A stretch of DNA of 63,892 nucleotides, counting the filler, from Nemertoderma westbladi (lineage: Eukaryota > Animalia > Xenacoelomorpha), in assembly GCA_032718475.1 (NCBI GenBank). It is 3 parts of 3 records of this genome, joined end to end, with 100 filler letters (N's around TTAATTAATTAA, not from the genome) between each part and the next. Parts side by side here need not be neighbours in the genome. Positions count along the whole stretch, not along the records: positions 25,564 to 57,260 come from JAUCBJ010000748.1; positions 57,361 to 63,892 come from JAUCBJ010002854.1; 1 more part is not named here. One strand, 5' to 3'. Made by a program: the position numbers and the translations under genes. Below are positions 48,790 through 60,350 of this stretch, piece by piece. How positions within the stretch are numbered: the first letter of the stretch is position 1; each line of letters opens with the position of its first letter. The notes beneath the pieces are model-generated. The model saw only the letters and a program-made list of their open reading frames with translations. It searched no databases and was not told the origin of the DNA.

Positions 48790-50800
48790 CTACTGATGGT
48801 ATGGAAGCTACCGAAGCTACCGTTACCCGATAATAAAGGGATGGTACTTACAAGGCTTCGTAAGTTGAAGCAGACACTAAAACGGAGCCCCGAGAAGAAT
48901 GAGTACATCCACAAAACTATTAAGAAGTGCGTCGAGAAAGGATGGGCCATGGAGTTACCGGTTGACGAACCAAACACGGACAGGACATATTACCTGCCAC
49001 TCCATGTGGCCTTAGATCCAAAGAAAGGTAAGCTGAGGATGGTAGTAGATGCGTCGGCAAAAACCAACGGAAAATGCCTAAACGACTATCTACTGGAGGG
49101 TCCCAATATCTACAACTCGGGGATCGAGGTCCTATTAAGATTCAGGAATGGGAAACACGCCTTCACCTGTGATATAGAGGGCATGTTCAACCAAGTCCGT
49201 GTAACGGAAGAAGATAGCGATAGTCAATGCTTCTTATGGTACAACGGCGACGAAGAACCGTCGATTATACCGATGTACAAGATGATAGTGCAGAACATGG
49301 GGGCCAAGTTGTCTTCCTTCACGACGACTATGGCGGTAAGAGACACGGTAAAAGGGAAGGAGGATAGATATAGCACTAGGGCCGTCGACATGATTCGACG
49401 TGGCTTCTACGTAGACGACGGGATGGAGTCTGGAAATACGGTTAAAGAGATACTGGATACGGGGCGCGAGGTTCGCAACATCCAAAAAGGATCCGGCTTT
49501 AACCTAACCAAATTCCGATCCAGTTCGCAGGAATTTATCAAAGCGATAGAGGACGAGAGACCAGAATCAACCATGGATAATCCCACGACAGCCAAAGGGC
49601 AGGACATGGCGAATAAGAGAACAGAGTCTCAACAAAAGGCACTGGGAATCGTGTGGAACAGAGAGACAGACGAACTGAAGTACCAGCTGAGCCAGGAGGG
49701 CGCAGACATCCACACAAAGAGAGGCTATGTGTCATACATAGCGAGAATATACGATCCCCTAGGCCTAGCATCCCCACTACTAGTAACGGGGAAACAGATA
49801 CTCAAAAGAGTATACAAGCTGAAAGATGAGTTGGACGAAGAGATACCAGAAGAGATTAAGAAACAGTGGTGTAAGTGGACAGAAGGTCTAGAGCAGATGG
49901 GAACATACAGCATGCCACGTGTGTATTTCCCGGATGGGGACATGACGAACCTGGATCTGCACATGTTCTCCGATGCGTCGCTAGAGGCATACGGAGCGGC
50001 ACTCTATTTAGTACAACGAGAGGGGTCTCACAAGCCCAGACTTGCCTTCAGCAAGGCAAAGTCAACGCCACCAGATTTGGCATCAGTTCCCAAACTAGAG
50101 TTGACAGCGGCGAGATTAGGAGTTAGGGCCACAGCCTACATAATGGATGCTGTTCCCAACATAGTGGAAACACACTACTGGACGGACTCCATGGTAGTGC
50201 TCGGCTGGCTACATAACGAGAAAACGCGATACCCTATATTCGTCGCAAATAGAGTGGACGAAATAAGGGCGACGACAGAGCTAGAAAGGTGGCACTACTG
50301 CCCAACGGACGAGAACCCAGCGGACTTGTTATCAAGGGGCATGGCATGCCACACTTTCTTAAAGAAGGAAGTATTGTGGCAACATGGGCCACAGTTTCCA
50401 GGAGAAGTACAGGAGAAGTAGTATCGGAAGGAGAAGAGGGAGATTCAGAGGGAGAAGAGATATACTCCCAGATGGTGAGGGAGATAAGGGACGTGCGACC
50501 CAAACCAGTAGAACTGTGCGATAACCCAACGGATAAACTCCTCAGCTACAGCTCTAGTTGGTACAAGACCAAGAAATTAGTGGCGTACTGGTGAGCCTTT
50601 GGGAATTTCCTCGCGGGAGTTGGCAAAAGCAAGAAAATCAGGACAACCATAGATCTGGAAGGAGCGGCTAGAGCAGTCATCCGCTATGAACAACGGAAGA
50701 ACTATGGCGACGAGGTGGAACGCGTCGGTAAGCAACACCATCTTCGACGAGACAGCGAGCTGATCACGCTGTCACCACAACTTAACGATGACGGAAATGT
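48790..50800 (+). mobile_element. BEL/Pao pol fragment (RT + RNase H), third family
   Basis: YYLPLH, DIEGMFNQV, FYVDD, YDPLG, LHMFSDAS, NPADLLSRG; continues frameshifted (SSWYK...LSPQL). Confidence 0.92.
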
Positions 50801-51650
50801 CAAACTTCCTCAATTATGAGGCAGAGTTGATTACAGACCCAGTCTACAGAGAGAATATTTTGGGGAGGGCACCGAAAGCTGAATAAAACAGGCCTAAACT
50901 CGAACACAGTCTAAGCGGATCCATTTCCGAGAGTGAGACAGTCGCTACCACATGTGGCCACACAGGGGACTGCTAGTCCACAGTTAGCTGTGAGTAGGGC
51001 CACACCGTGCCAGGGACAGAAACAAAATAACAACACGAACAAATATAATCCCAACATACCCAGTATGCCAAGTCCAAATAACCAAAACACCAAACCAGTA
51101 GATATGAATCTACGCACTATACATGAAGGGCTATACAGGGAACGCTACAATCCAGGAAACAAATGTCAATTGCATAGGGATGGAACCCATAAGACCATGA
51201 GTTGTAAGCTTGGCAAGCATTGCCTAAACAAAATCGGGTAGCCTAAGTGGATACAAATGGACTATGTCATCGCTGTGTGGTGGAAGGACACAGAATCGGA
51301 GATTGTGGAGAAACAACAATAAGATACGATGATATGGTAAATGGGGGAGAGTGGTGGCTCCCCGATAACGGGGTGACCATTGACCCCATTCAAATAGTAC
51401 AATTAACATTAATGCCGGGCAACCCATGAAGAGCGAGGTCGAACAATACCAGCACCTGGACGCCATCGATTTCTCAGTACCAGAACTGGATATCCCGAAA
51501 GTAGCTATCATAGTCGGAATGGACTGCCCGACTGCCTACAGGAGGTTTTCCTGCCGATTCGGAGAAGATGGAGAGAGAGGCCCAATGGCGTTTCCACGCC
51601 ATTTGGATGGACACTCAGCGGCCCAAGCAAGTCTAGAATTCCATTTAACG
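50800..51650 (+). pseudogene. BEL/Pao gag and post-protease fragments
   Basis: FLNYEAELITDPVY; knuckles CQLHRDGTHKTMSC and CHRCVVEGHRIGDC; YQHLDAIDF...VAIIVGMDCP. Confidence 0.7.
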
Positions 51651-52540
51651 TGTCGGAAACCTCAGGGTGCATGTTCGCAGGCTCAATGAGAGAAGTGGAG
51701 GACGAGGGAGCAGAGAAGAAATCAGAAACAGGCAATGGGGAGAGATCACCGAAACAGTCGACACAAGGATTGCAATTGATGCCCATACCAGGTGGCTTTG
51801 AGGGCGATTTTGCAACAAAGAGACCAAGGGAACAGGAGGGGTGGAAGGTTATGGGTGAGAACCGAGGCAGAGAAGAGCACAGTGGACTACCGGGCTACCG
51901 TGTCCGGATCCACTCCCAGCGAGGGAGGAGTATGACAACGAGTCCGGGAAGATGCTGCCCATTGAGAGGATCGGCCACTCAGATACGGACTGGGTGAGCG
52001 GGAGAGTGGTGACGGCTAGCGTGACCAGAGACTTCTGGGATGAACCTGGCAAGCGGGACCAGGTGCACGAGGAGCCGGCGAAGGATTTCGCAGGAGGCAC
52101 GATCAGGCTGGGCAAGCAGCCAGGAACGGCACCACGGGTAGTGTTTGGGGAGATGACGCCGAGGGCGGAGGAGAATGGGGAATATCGGTATGGGGATGGA
52201 GAAGAGTGGACGGCGAGGTGTCCGGAACAGACACTGGTCCAGTTGAGAGGCATACCAGTGTGGAGGAGGTCGAGTAAGAAGACAAGGTGGAAAGGGAGAG
52301 GATGTGGGAAGATTAGACCAGGGGCAGAGAAGCCATGATGAAACGTGACAAAGGAGGCAGGAAAGTGGGAGAGGGCGTGTTGTACAAGCATAAGGGGGTG
52401 GCAGAGTGCGAAGATGCATTAAATGGTATGCCACTAGGTGTACCGAAGGATGACCCGGGGTCATCGGGGGCTTTAATGCGGCGCACATATTAGGGGGGAG
52501 GCAAGCAAAGATGGCTTGTACCATTAACGATGACATGAGG

Positions 52541-53578
52541 GTCTACTGTTGATGGTGACACAGAACCATTTGAAGTGTTATGGGGCGTCCTCCTGGGAGA
52601 CACACTTGCACCATTCTTGTTCATAATTGTGGTTGACTATGTTCTACGCATGTCCTTAGATTATCATAATGATGATGGGGTGATAATAACTCCGCCTACT
52701 GGCTCCAGAAGTCGAGGAAATCCTGCCAAGTACCTAACCGATCTAGACTTTGCTGATGACTTAGGAGTACTCTCAGAATCACTAGAGGGAGCCCAACGGC
52801 TCCTCAGCTCATTAGAACAGGCTGCTTCTAGTGTTGGTCTTTTTATTAACTCCAAAACGACCAAAATTTTGACAGTTAAATTTGAAAGTCCTCAGCAAGT
52901 CTCTGACCGGATGAGCATAAGCTCAAAGGATGGTATGCTTGAGCATGTGGGCGACTTCTGTTACCTGGGATCATGGTTCCGGAAGTCAGGTGAGGACCTT
53001 CGAATACGTAAGGGAAAGGCATGGGCAGCCTTGAAAAGGCTTTCCAGAATTTAGAATTCACCGAGAATTAATCGGAATCTTCAGGTCCGGTTATTTAGAG
53101 CTGCAGTAGTTCCAGTACTCCTCTATGGGAGTCCATGTTGAGCTCTAACTGCCGACGACACCAAATCTCTGGATGGCACATTCACATGAATGCTACGCCG
53201 GGTTCATTGTGTCAAGTACAATGCACACATCTCCAACCAGACACTATATAACATTAGAGGTGTCTCATTGGTTCCCCCAAGCTTGACACTAGAACAAAGT
53301 CGACTCCGCTTTGCAGGACATTGCTTTCGCCGTGAGAACCAGCCAGTGCATAATCTTGTGCTTTGGCAGCCTCATGGAGTGAATAAGCATGGTGGACAGA
53401 CCATGAGTTTCTTAAAACGCATCTTAAAGTTCACTGGCCTTGAAGATGCGGATGATCTAGCAAATATCATGGGTGATAGGGAGTTGTGGCGGTGGAATTT
53501 TGTCGACAGGCCGGCACAGCATTCCTAAAAATGCAGCTGCAATGCAGCATGCCGATCCTAGTAGTAGTAGTAGTAGTA
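52541..53578 (+). mobile_element. RTE-clade LINE, 5'-truncated copy 1 with (TAG)n tail
   Basis: GDTLAPFLF, LDFADD, FCYLGS, RLRFAGHC; several stops; ends GATCC(TAG)n. Confidence 0.9.
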
Positions 53579-53649
53579 TATTGACTCCAGTTTATTGTTT
53601 GATTTTATGTCCTGGCGTACTGTATTATTAATTCCTATTGTAACATAAA

Positions 53650-54081
53650 TTAGAACCCCCCCCCCCCCCCCCCCCCGCCTTTCTTAGATTTTCGATCCCG
53701 TCGATGTAGTACATACCCAGGAATTGCTACTACACTATCGTGGATATTACGTTTTAGCCACGTTTCTGGAACAGAAATGATGGCATTTTTGGATCCCGGC
53801 AAGGCGTGACGAAGTTCGATTATATTTTTAACTAGACTACGGCTATTTATTTGAATGAAAATTGTTCCCTCTTGGTTTATTTGCAAGTAGTCTTTTAGAT
53901 TTGTTATGTTATGTGGTGGTTCCGGGCCTGGGTTAGGATGTATATCGCCCGCCTTTAAAAGTAGTGTGTTAATTGTTATTGCTAATATTAGTGTGATATC
54001 CAGAATGGTGTTTCTATAAATTTGAAAAATGAAAATAAGGCTTTTTATAATTTGTTTAAAAATTGATCTGTATAGAATCAT
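53650..54081 (-). mobile_element. CR1/L2-type LINE ORF2 N-terminal fragment: 2A-like peptide plus start of APE endonuclease
   Basis: LLLKAGDIHPNPGP followed by INSRSL...ETWL...IPGY...RRDR...GGG; truncated at a G-run. Confidence 0.8.
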
Positions 54082-54955
54082 GTTAACTTTTGAATTTTGA
54101 TGTGAATTATTTTGATGTGAGTGTTGAATTATTTGATAAAGAGTAAAGTGTGCAAAAATTCGAGAATATCGTATTTATTGAATAAAAGCTTGCTAATATT
54201 TGTACAAGTAATAAAATGATTATTATCGCATTAAACTTATTCAGTGTTTTGGGATATTTGTTCAATTTTTTAAATAATGAAAATTTGTTTCCGAAAAATA
54301 CTTTATAAATGAGTCCAGAAAGAAGAGATACCTAAACATTTTTAAAACATAAAATTGAAATTGAATTATCCCCAATACTCCCATCGAATGAATGTTCATA
54401 CCTGTCTGTAAATAACGAAATAGTATTGAATTGTATCGATATCAGTATAATAATTATTGCGCACATATGGAAAGTTGTCAAAATAGTATAAAATATACGT
54501 TTTATTTTGCATTTTTTACGAATATTGAAAGATTCCTTCGCCCTGTGACACATAACGTAAAAAGTACTACATGATTCAGCAATAACCAGTAAAACAATAG
54601 GTAGGTAGTAATATAATACCTAGAATAGTAGTACATATGATTGGCAGTAAAAAGGAAATACCACCTGTTTTGAGCGAATACAGGAACTGTTTCTGACAGT
54701 AAAAAATAGGTGCTTCGATTCTACATTTCATTTGGGATTATTTGGGGGACTAACAATTCTGATTTATATATATTTCTATCACTAGGCCGACTTTCGATTT
54801 TGGGGATCATTCACTGTTACAAGGTGGGCTGGTTAGCTATTTGATCATCCATAATAGACAGACTCTCCCTTTTTGGTTGGTTCATTGGAAGTATTACAGT
54901 TTTGGAGAAGCCAAAATGACATTATTTGGAAATGGGACCTGCGTAAAGGCGGCTT

Positions 54956-55516
54956 AGGGGGCGTTCATAAAGTAGGTCACGCAAATTTTTTCAATTTTTG
55001 ACCCCCCTCCCCCCTCTGTCACAAAGTGTCACACAAGCTCGACCCCCCCCCCCTCCGTCACATTAGACAATTTGTAATAGTAATACCCCCCCCCCCCCCC
55101 CCCCCTCGCCCTGACAAAAAATATTTTATTGTAATAATACTGTACACAATGTTTGTTATGCCAAAATACAATATAAATTCAATCACTATATCTAGATTTT
55201 CCCACGGGCAAGTTAAGTGTTCTTATTCTATATTAATAACAGGTATTGCAGTGTTGGAGTCAATGGCTTCTATGTCCTACTCAATTTATCGATTATACTC
55301 AATGATATTGAGTTTATTGTTTTCCTTAATGTTACCCACTCTTCTACATGTGTGAAAGTCAAGGCCAAGCTAACATCTAGCTTAGAACAACTAGCATAGA
55401 ACATCGGCGTGACCGTCACAAAAGTCGACACCCCCCACCCCCCTCTGTCACAAAATGTCACGCAAGCTCTAACCCCCCTCCCCCCTAGTGCGTGACATAC
55501 TTTATGAACGCCCTCC
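54956..55516. mobile_element. PIF/Harbinger-type (Tourist-like) MITE
   Basis: TIR GGGGGCGTTCATAAAGTAGGTCACGCA versus TGCGTGACATACTTTATGAACGCCCTCC; T/A-rich flanks; internal CCCCCTC.GTCACA repeats; superfamily assignment is tentative. Confidence 0.7.
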
Positions 55517-55518
55517 TA

Positions 55519-57151
55519 TAGCCGATAATTAAAGGAACTGAGTCTGTACTCCCAGATATTCCCATTGGCGATATCTCCTTTGCAGAAGTGAAGGCTGCTG
55601 CAAAGAGCATTAAGACCAATCGTGCCAGTGGAGTAGATAGTGTTCCCCCTGAGGTCTTTAAAATACCTGAGTGTTTAAAGCTCATCTATCCCATCATAGT
55701 AGACATGTACCGAACAACAAGAGTCCCACAAGAAATGAAAACAAATAAGTTGGTGCCAGTTCCCAAGAAGGGCAACCTAACACTCTATGGTTCTTTTCGG
55801 GGAATCTCATTGATCTCGATTGCTGCAAAGCTATACAATAGGATTCTATTAAATCGCATCAGGGATCCCATTGAGAGACTGCTCCGTGGAAATCAGAATG
55901 GGTTCCGTAAAGGTCGTGGGACCATGGAGCCCATTTTGGCACTTAGAAGGATAATTGAAGAATTATCAAAAAAGAAAGACAGGCATCTGGCTGTTATCTT
56001 TGTTGACTTCTTCAAGGCCTTTGATTCAGTCTCTCGCTCACGTATGTTCAGCATACTTTCATTATATGGGATTCCTGATGAAATTATTGCAGCAATCAGA
56101 TCAGTATACGATGGTTCGACAACATTTGTGTCTACTGTTGACGGTGACACAGAACCATTTGAAGTGTTATGGGGCGTCCTCCAAGGAGACACACTTGCGC
56201 CATTCTTGTTCATTATTGTGGTTGACTATGTTCTACGCATGTCCTTAGATCATCATAATGATGATGGGGTGACGATAACTCCACCTACTGGCTCCAGAAG
56301 TCGAGGAAATCCTGCCAAGTACCTAACTGATCTAGACTTTGCTGATGACTTAGAAGTACTCTCAGAATCATTAGAGGGAGCCCAACGGCTCCTCAGCTCA
56401 TTAGAACATGCTGCTTCTAGTGTTGGTCTTTTTATTAACTCCAGAAAGACCAAAATTCTGACAGTTAACTTTGAAAGTCCTCAGCAAGTCTCTGATCGGA
56501 TGAACATAAGCTCAAAGGATGGTATGCTTGAGCATGTGGACGACTTCTGTTACCTGGGATCATGGATCCGGAAGTCAGGTGAGGACCTTCGAATACGAAA
56601 GGGAAAGGCATGGGCAGCCTTGAATAGGCTTTCCAGGATTTGGAAGTCACCGAGAATTAATCGGAAACTTAAGGTCCGATTATTTAGAGCAGCAGTAGTT
56701 CCAGTACTCCTCTAAGGGAGTCCATGCTGGGCTCTAACTGCTGAGGATATCAAATCTCTGGATGGCACATTCACAAGAATGCTACGCCGGGTTCATTGTG
56801 TCAAGTACAATGCACACATCTCCAACCAGACACTATATTACATTGGAGGTGTCTCATTGGTTCCCCCTGCTTGACACTAGAACAAAATCGCCTCCGCTTT
56901 GCAGGACATTGCTTTCGCCGTGAGGACCAGCCAGTGAATAATCTTGTACTTTGGCAGCCTCATGGAGTGAATAAGCATGGTGGACAGCCCATGACTTTCT
57001 TGAGACGCATCTTAAAGGACACTGGCCGTAAAGATGCGGATGATCTAGCAAATGTCATGGGTGATAGGGAGTTGTGGCGGTGCAATTTTGTTGACAAGCC
57101 GGCACAGCATTCTTAAAAATGCAGCTGCAATGCAGCATGCCGATCCTAGTA
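55519..57151 (+). mobile_element. RTE-clade LINE copy 2 (full RT domain and 3' end)
   Basis: ASGVD, PKKG, FRGISL, QNGFR, FVDFFKAFDS, GVLQGD, FADD; closely similar to copy 1; TAA at 56713-56715 where copy 1 has TAT. Confidence 0.93.
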
Positions 57152-57260
57152 ACGGAACTAGGCTGTCAGATTTCAATTTATATTTTATTACAAAATTAGT
57201 CCTATATTATTATATTGAAAGTACTACGCTAAATCTAGATTACAATATAGCAAATTTAGT

Positions 57261-57360
57261 NNNNNNNNNNNNNNNNNNNNNNNNNNNNNNNNNNNNNNNN
57301 NNNNTTAATTAATTAANNNNNNNNNNNNNNNNNNNNNNNNNNNNNNNNNNNNNNNNNNNN
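57261..57360. other. Artificial 100-nt gap/contig spacer with TTAATTAATTAA linker
   Basis: Same design as 25464-25563. Confidence 0.95.
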
Positions 57361-59560
57361 TCCCTCCTCTAGTTCCCGAATACGTGGACCCCATTCCTCC
57401 TCTAGTTCCCGAATACGTGGACCCCATCTCCTCCTCTAGTTCCCGAATACGTGGACCCCATTCCTCCTCTAGTTCCCGAATACGTGGACCCCATTCCTCC
57501 TCTAGTTCCCGAATACGTGGACCCCATCCTTCCTCTAGTTCCAGAATACGTGGACCCCATTCCTCCTCTAGTTCCAGAATACGTGGACCCCATTCCTCCT
57601 CTAGTTCCCGAATACGTGGACCCCATTCCTCCTCTAGTTCCCGAATACGTGGACCCCATTCCTCCTCTAGTTCCCGAATACGTGGACCCCATTCCTCCTC
57701 TAGTTCCCGAATACGTGGACCCCATTCCTCCTCTAGTTCCCGAATACGTGGACCCCATCCTTCCTCTAGTTCCAGAATACGTGGACCCCATTCCTCCTCT
57801 AGTTCCCGAATACGTGGACCCCATTCCTCCTCTAGTTCCCGAATACGTGGACCCCATCTCCTCCTCTAGTTCCCGAATACGTGGACCCCATTCCTCCTCT
57901 AGTTCCCGAATACGTGGACCCCATCTTTCCTCTAGTTCCAGAATACGTGGACCCCATTCCTCCTCTAGTTCCCGAATACGTGGACCCCATTCCTCCTCTA
58001 GTTCCCGAATACGTGGACCCCATTCCTCCTCTAGTTCCCGAATACGTGGACCCCATTCCTCCTCTAGTTCCCGAATACGTGGACCCCATTCCTCCTCTAG
58101 TTCCCGAATACGTGGACCCAAACCCTCCTCTAGTTCCCGAATACGTGGACCCCATCTTTCCTCTAGTTCCCGAATACGTGGACCCCATTCCTCCTCTAGT
58201 TCCCGAATACGTGGACCCCATTCCTCCTCTAGTTCCCGAATACGTGGACCCAAACCCTCCTCTAGTTCCCGAATACGTGGACCCCATCTTTCCTCTAGTT
58301 CCCGAATACGTGGACCCCATTCCTCCTCTAGTTCCCGAATACGTGGACCCCATTCCTCCTCTAGTTCCCGAATACGTGGACCCCATCCCTCCTGTAGTTC
58401 CAGAATATGTGGACCCCATCCCTCCTCTAGTTCCCGAATACGTGGACCCCATCCCTCCTGTGGTTCCCGAATACGTGGACCCCATCCCTCCTCTAGTTCC
58501 CGAATACGTGGACCCCATTCCTCCTCTAGTTCCCGAATACGTGGACCCCTTCCCTCCTCTAGTTCCCGAATACGTGGACCCCATCCCTCCTCTAGTTCCC
58601 GAATATGTGGACCCCATCCTTCCTCTAGTTCCCGAATATGTGGACCCCTTCCCTCCTCTAGTTCCCGAATACGTGGACCACATCCCTCCTCTAGTTCCCG
58701 AATACGTGAACCCCATCCCTCCTATAGTTCCCGAATACGTGGACCCCATCCCTCCTCTAGTTCCCGAATACGTGGACCCCATTCCTCTTCTAGTTCCCGA
58801 ATACGTGAACCCCATCCCTCCTATAGTTCCCGAATACGTGGACCCCATCCCTCCTCTAGTTCCCGAATACGTGGACCCCATTCCTCCTCTAGTTCCCGAA
58901 TACGTGGACCCCTTCCCTCCTGTAGTTCCCGAATACGTGGACCCCATCCCTCCTCTAGTTCCCGAATACGTGGACCCCATCCCTCCTCTAGTTCCCGAAT
59001 ACGCGGACCCCATCCTTCCTGTAGTTCCCGAATACGTGGACCCCATCCCTCCTGTAGTTCCAGAATATGTGGACCCCATCCCTCCTGTAGTTCCCGAATA
59101 CGTGGACCCCATCCCTCCTCTAGTTCCCGAATACGTGGACCCCATCCCTCCTCTAGTTCCCGAATACGTGAACCCCATCCCTCCTATAGTTCCCGAATAC
59201 GTGGACCCCATCCCTCCTCTAGTTCCCGAATACGTGGACCCCATTCCTCCTCTAGTTCCCGAATACGTGGACCCCTTCCCTCCTGTAGTTCCCGAATACG
59301 TGGACCCCATCCCTCCTCTAGTTCCCGAATACGTGGACCCCATCCCTCCTCTAGTTCCCGAATACGCGGACCCCATCCTTCCTGTAGTTCCCAAATACGT
59401 GGACCCCATCCCTCCTGTAGTTCCAGAATACGTGGGCCCCATCCCTCCTCTAGTTCCCGAATACGTGGACCCCATCCCTCCTCTAGTTCCCGAATACGTG
59501 GACCCCATCCCTCCTCTAGTTCCCGTATACGTGGACCCCTTCCCTCCTGTAGTTCCCGAA
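57361..59560. repeat. 33-nt minisatellite (TCCTCCTCTAGTTCCCGAATACGTGGACCCCAT)
   Basis: About 66 tandem copies; 11-aa repeats in several frames. Confidence 0.97.
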
Positions 59561-60345
59561 CTTACTCCCTCCTTTGTAGTGTCGGAATGCTTAGCCCCTC
59601 CATCTGTTGGAGTGTCGGTAACTTCTATATGTTTAGCAGCATCTGGTGTTAGAATATCTTTATCAGTAGAATTGCCAGTGAGGATCTCTGAGTTGGATTC
59701 TATATTATTAATTACAAATTCAGTATCAGAGTCGTTTAGGAGATTTTCAATATAACTTCCTGTATCACTCTCAACAGCATCCAGTATAGCATAAAGATCA
59801 TTACTACTGTGGTTTGTGGCTGAAAGCTCGATGAATCTTGTTCTTCCTCTACTGGTTCCGGCCATTAGTGTGCTACCTAATAGCCTAAACAGCCAAAACA
59901 TTGTAAACTGCAGAATTATACAATACTGCTAGGGGTACTGGTGTATGAATTGAAAAATACCCTTTCACGACAGGAGGGACACTGGTGTCCCACGATCAAA
60001 AAATGAGAATAATTTTTGAAAGATAGCAATAAAATGTAAAATAAATTTATTTTAAAAATCTAATATAGTCACTGATTCAAATTCGAAGTGTAATTATGAC
60101 CCATTTTATTTTTGTTTCAATATATTTAGATACATAGTGCCACTTTTAAAAATCACAAAATTGCTTGATTTATACTAAAAAAAACGGTAACAAAAATAAC
60201 CAAAAATATAACAAATGTGACAATTTCCGAAAATCAAACATATCTTTTCCAAATAAACAGTAAAACCAACACCAGACAATAAAAATTGTAAAAGTTACAG
60301 TAGCTTAAAGTTATGGGACACTGGTGTCCCGCTGTCGTGAAAGGG
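59561..60345 (-). mobile_element. 5' end of a piggyBac-type transposon with transposase N-terminus running into the 33-nt repeat
   Basis: Terminal CCCTTTCACGACAG(C)GGGACAC..GTGTCCC at ~60315-60345 with an inverted copy at 59960-59991; acidic N-terminus LYAILDAVESD...IENLLNDSDTEF; flank TTTA rather than TTAA. Confidence 0.55.
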
Positions 60346-60350
60346 TTTAG

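Noticed and set aside
57384-59755. Long plus-strand repeat ORFs (DPIPPLVPEYV, SSSSRIRGPH)
   Set aside because: The 33-nt unit is stop-free in several frames; no evidence of coding on this strand
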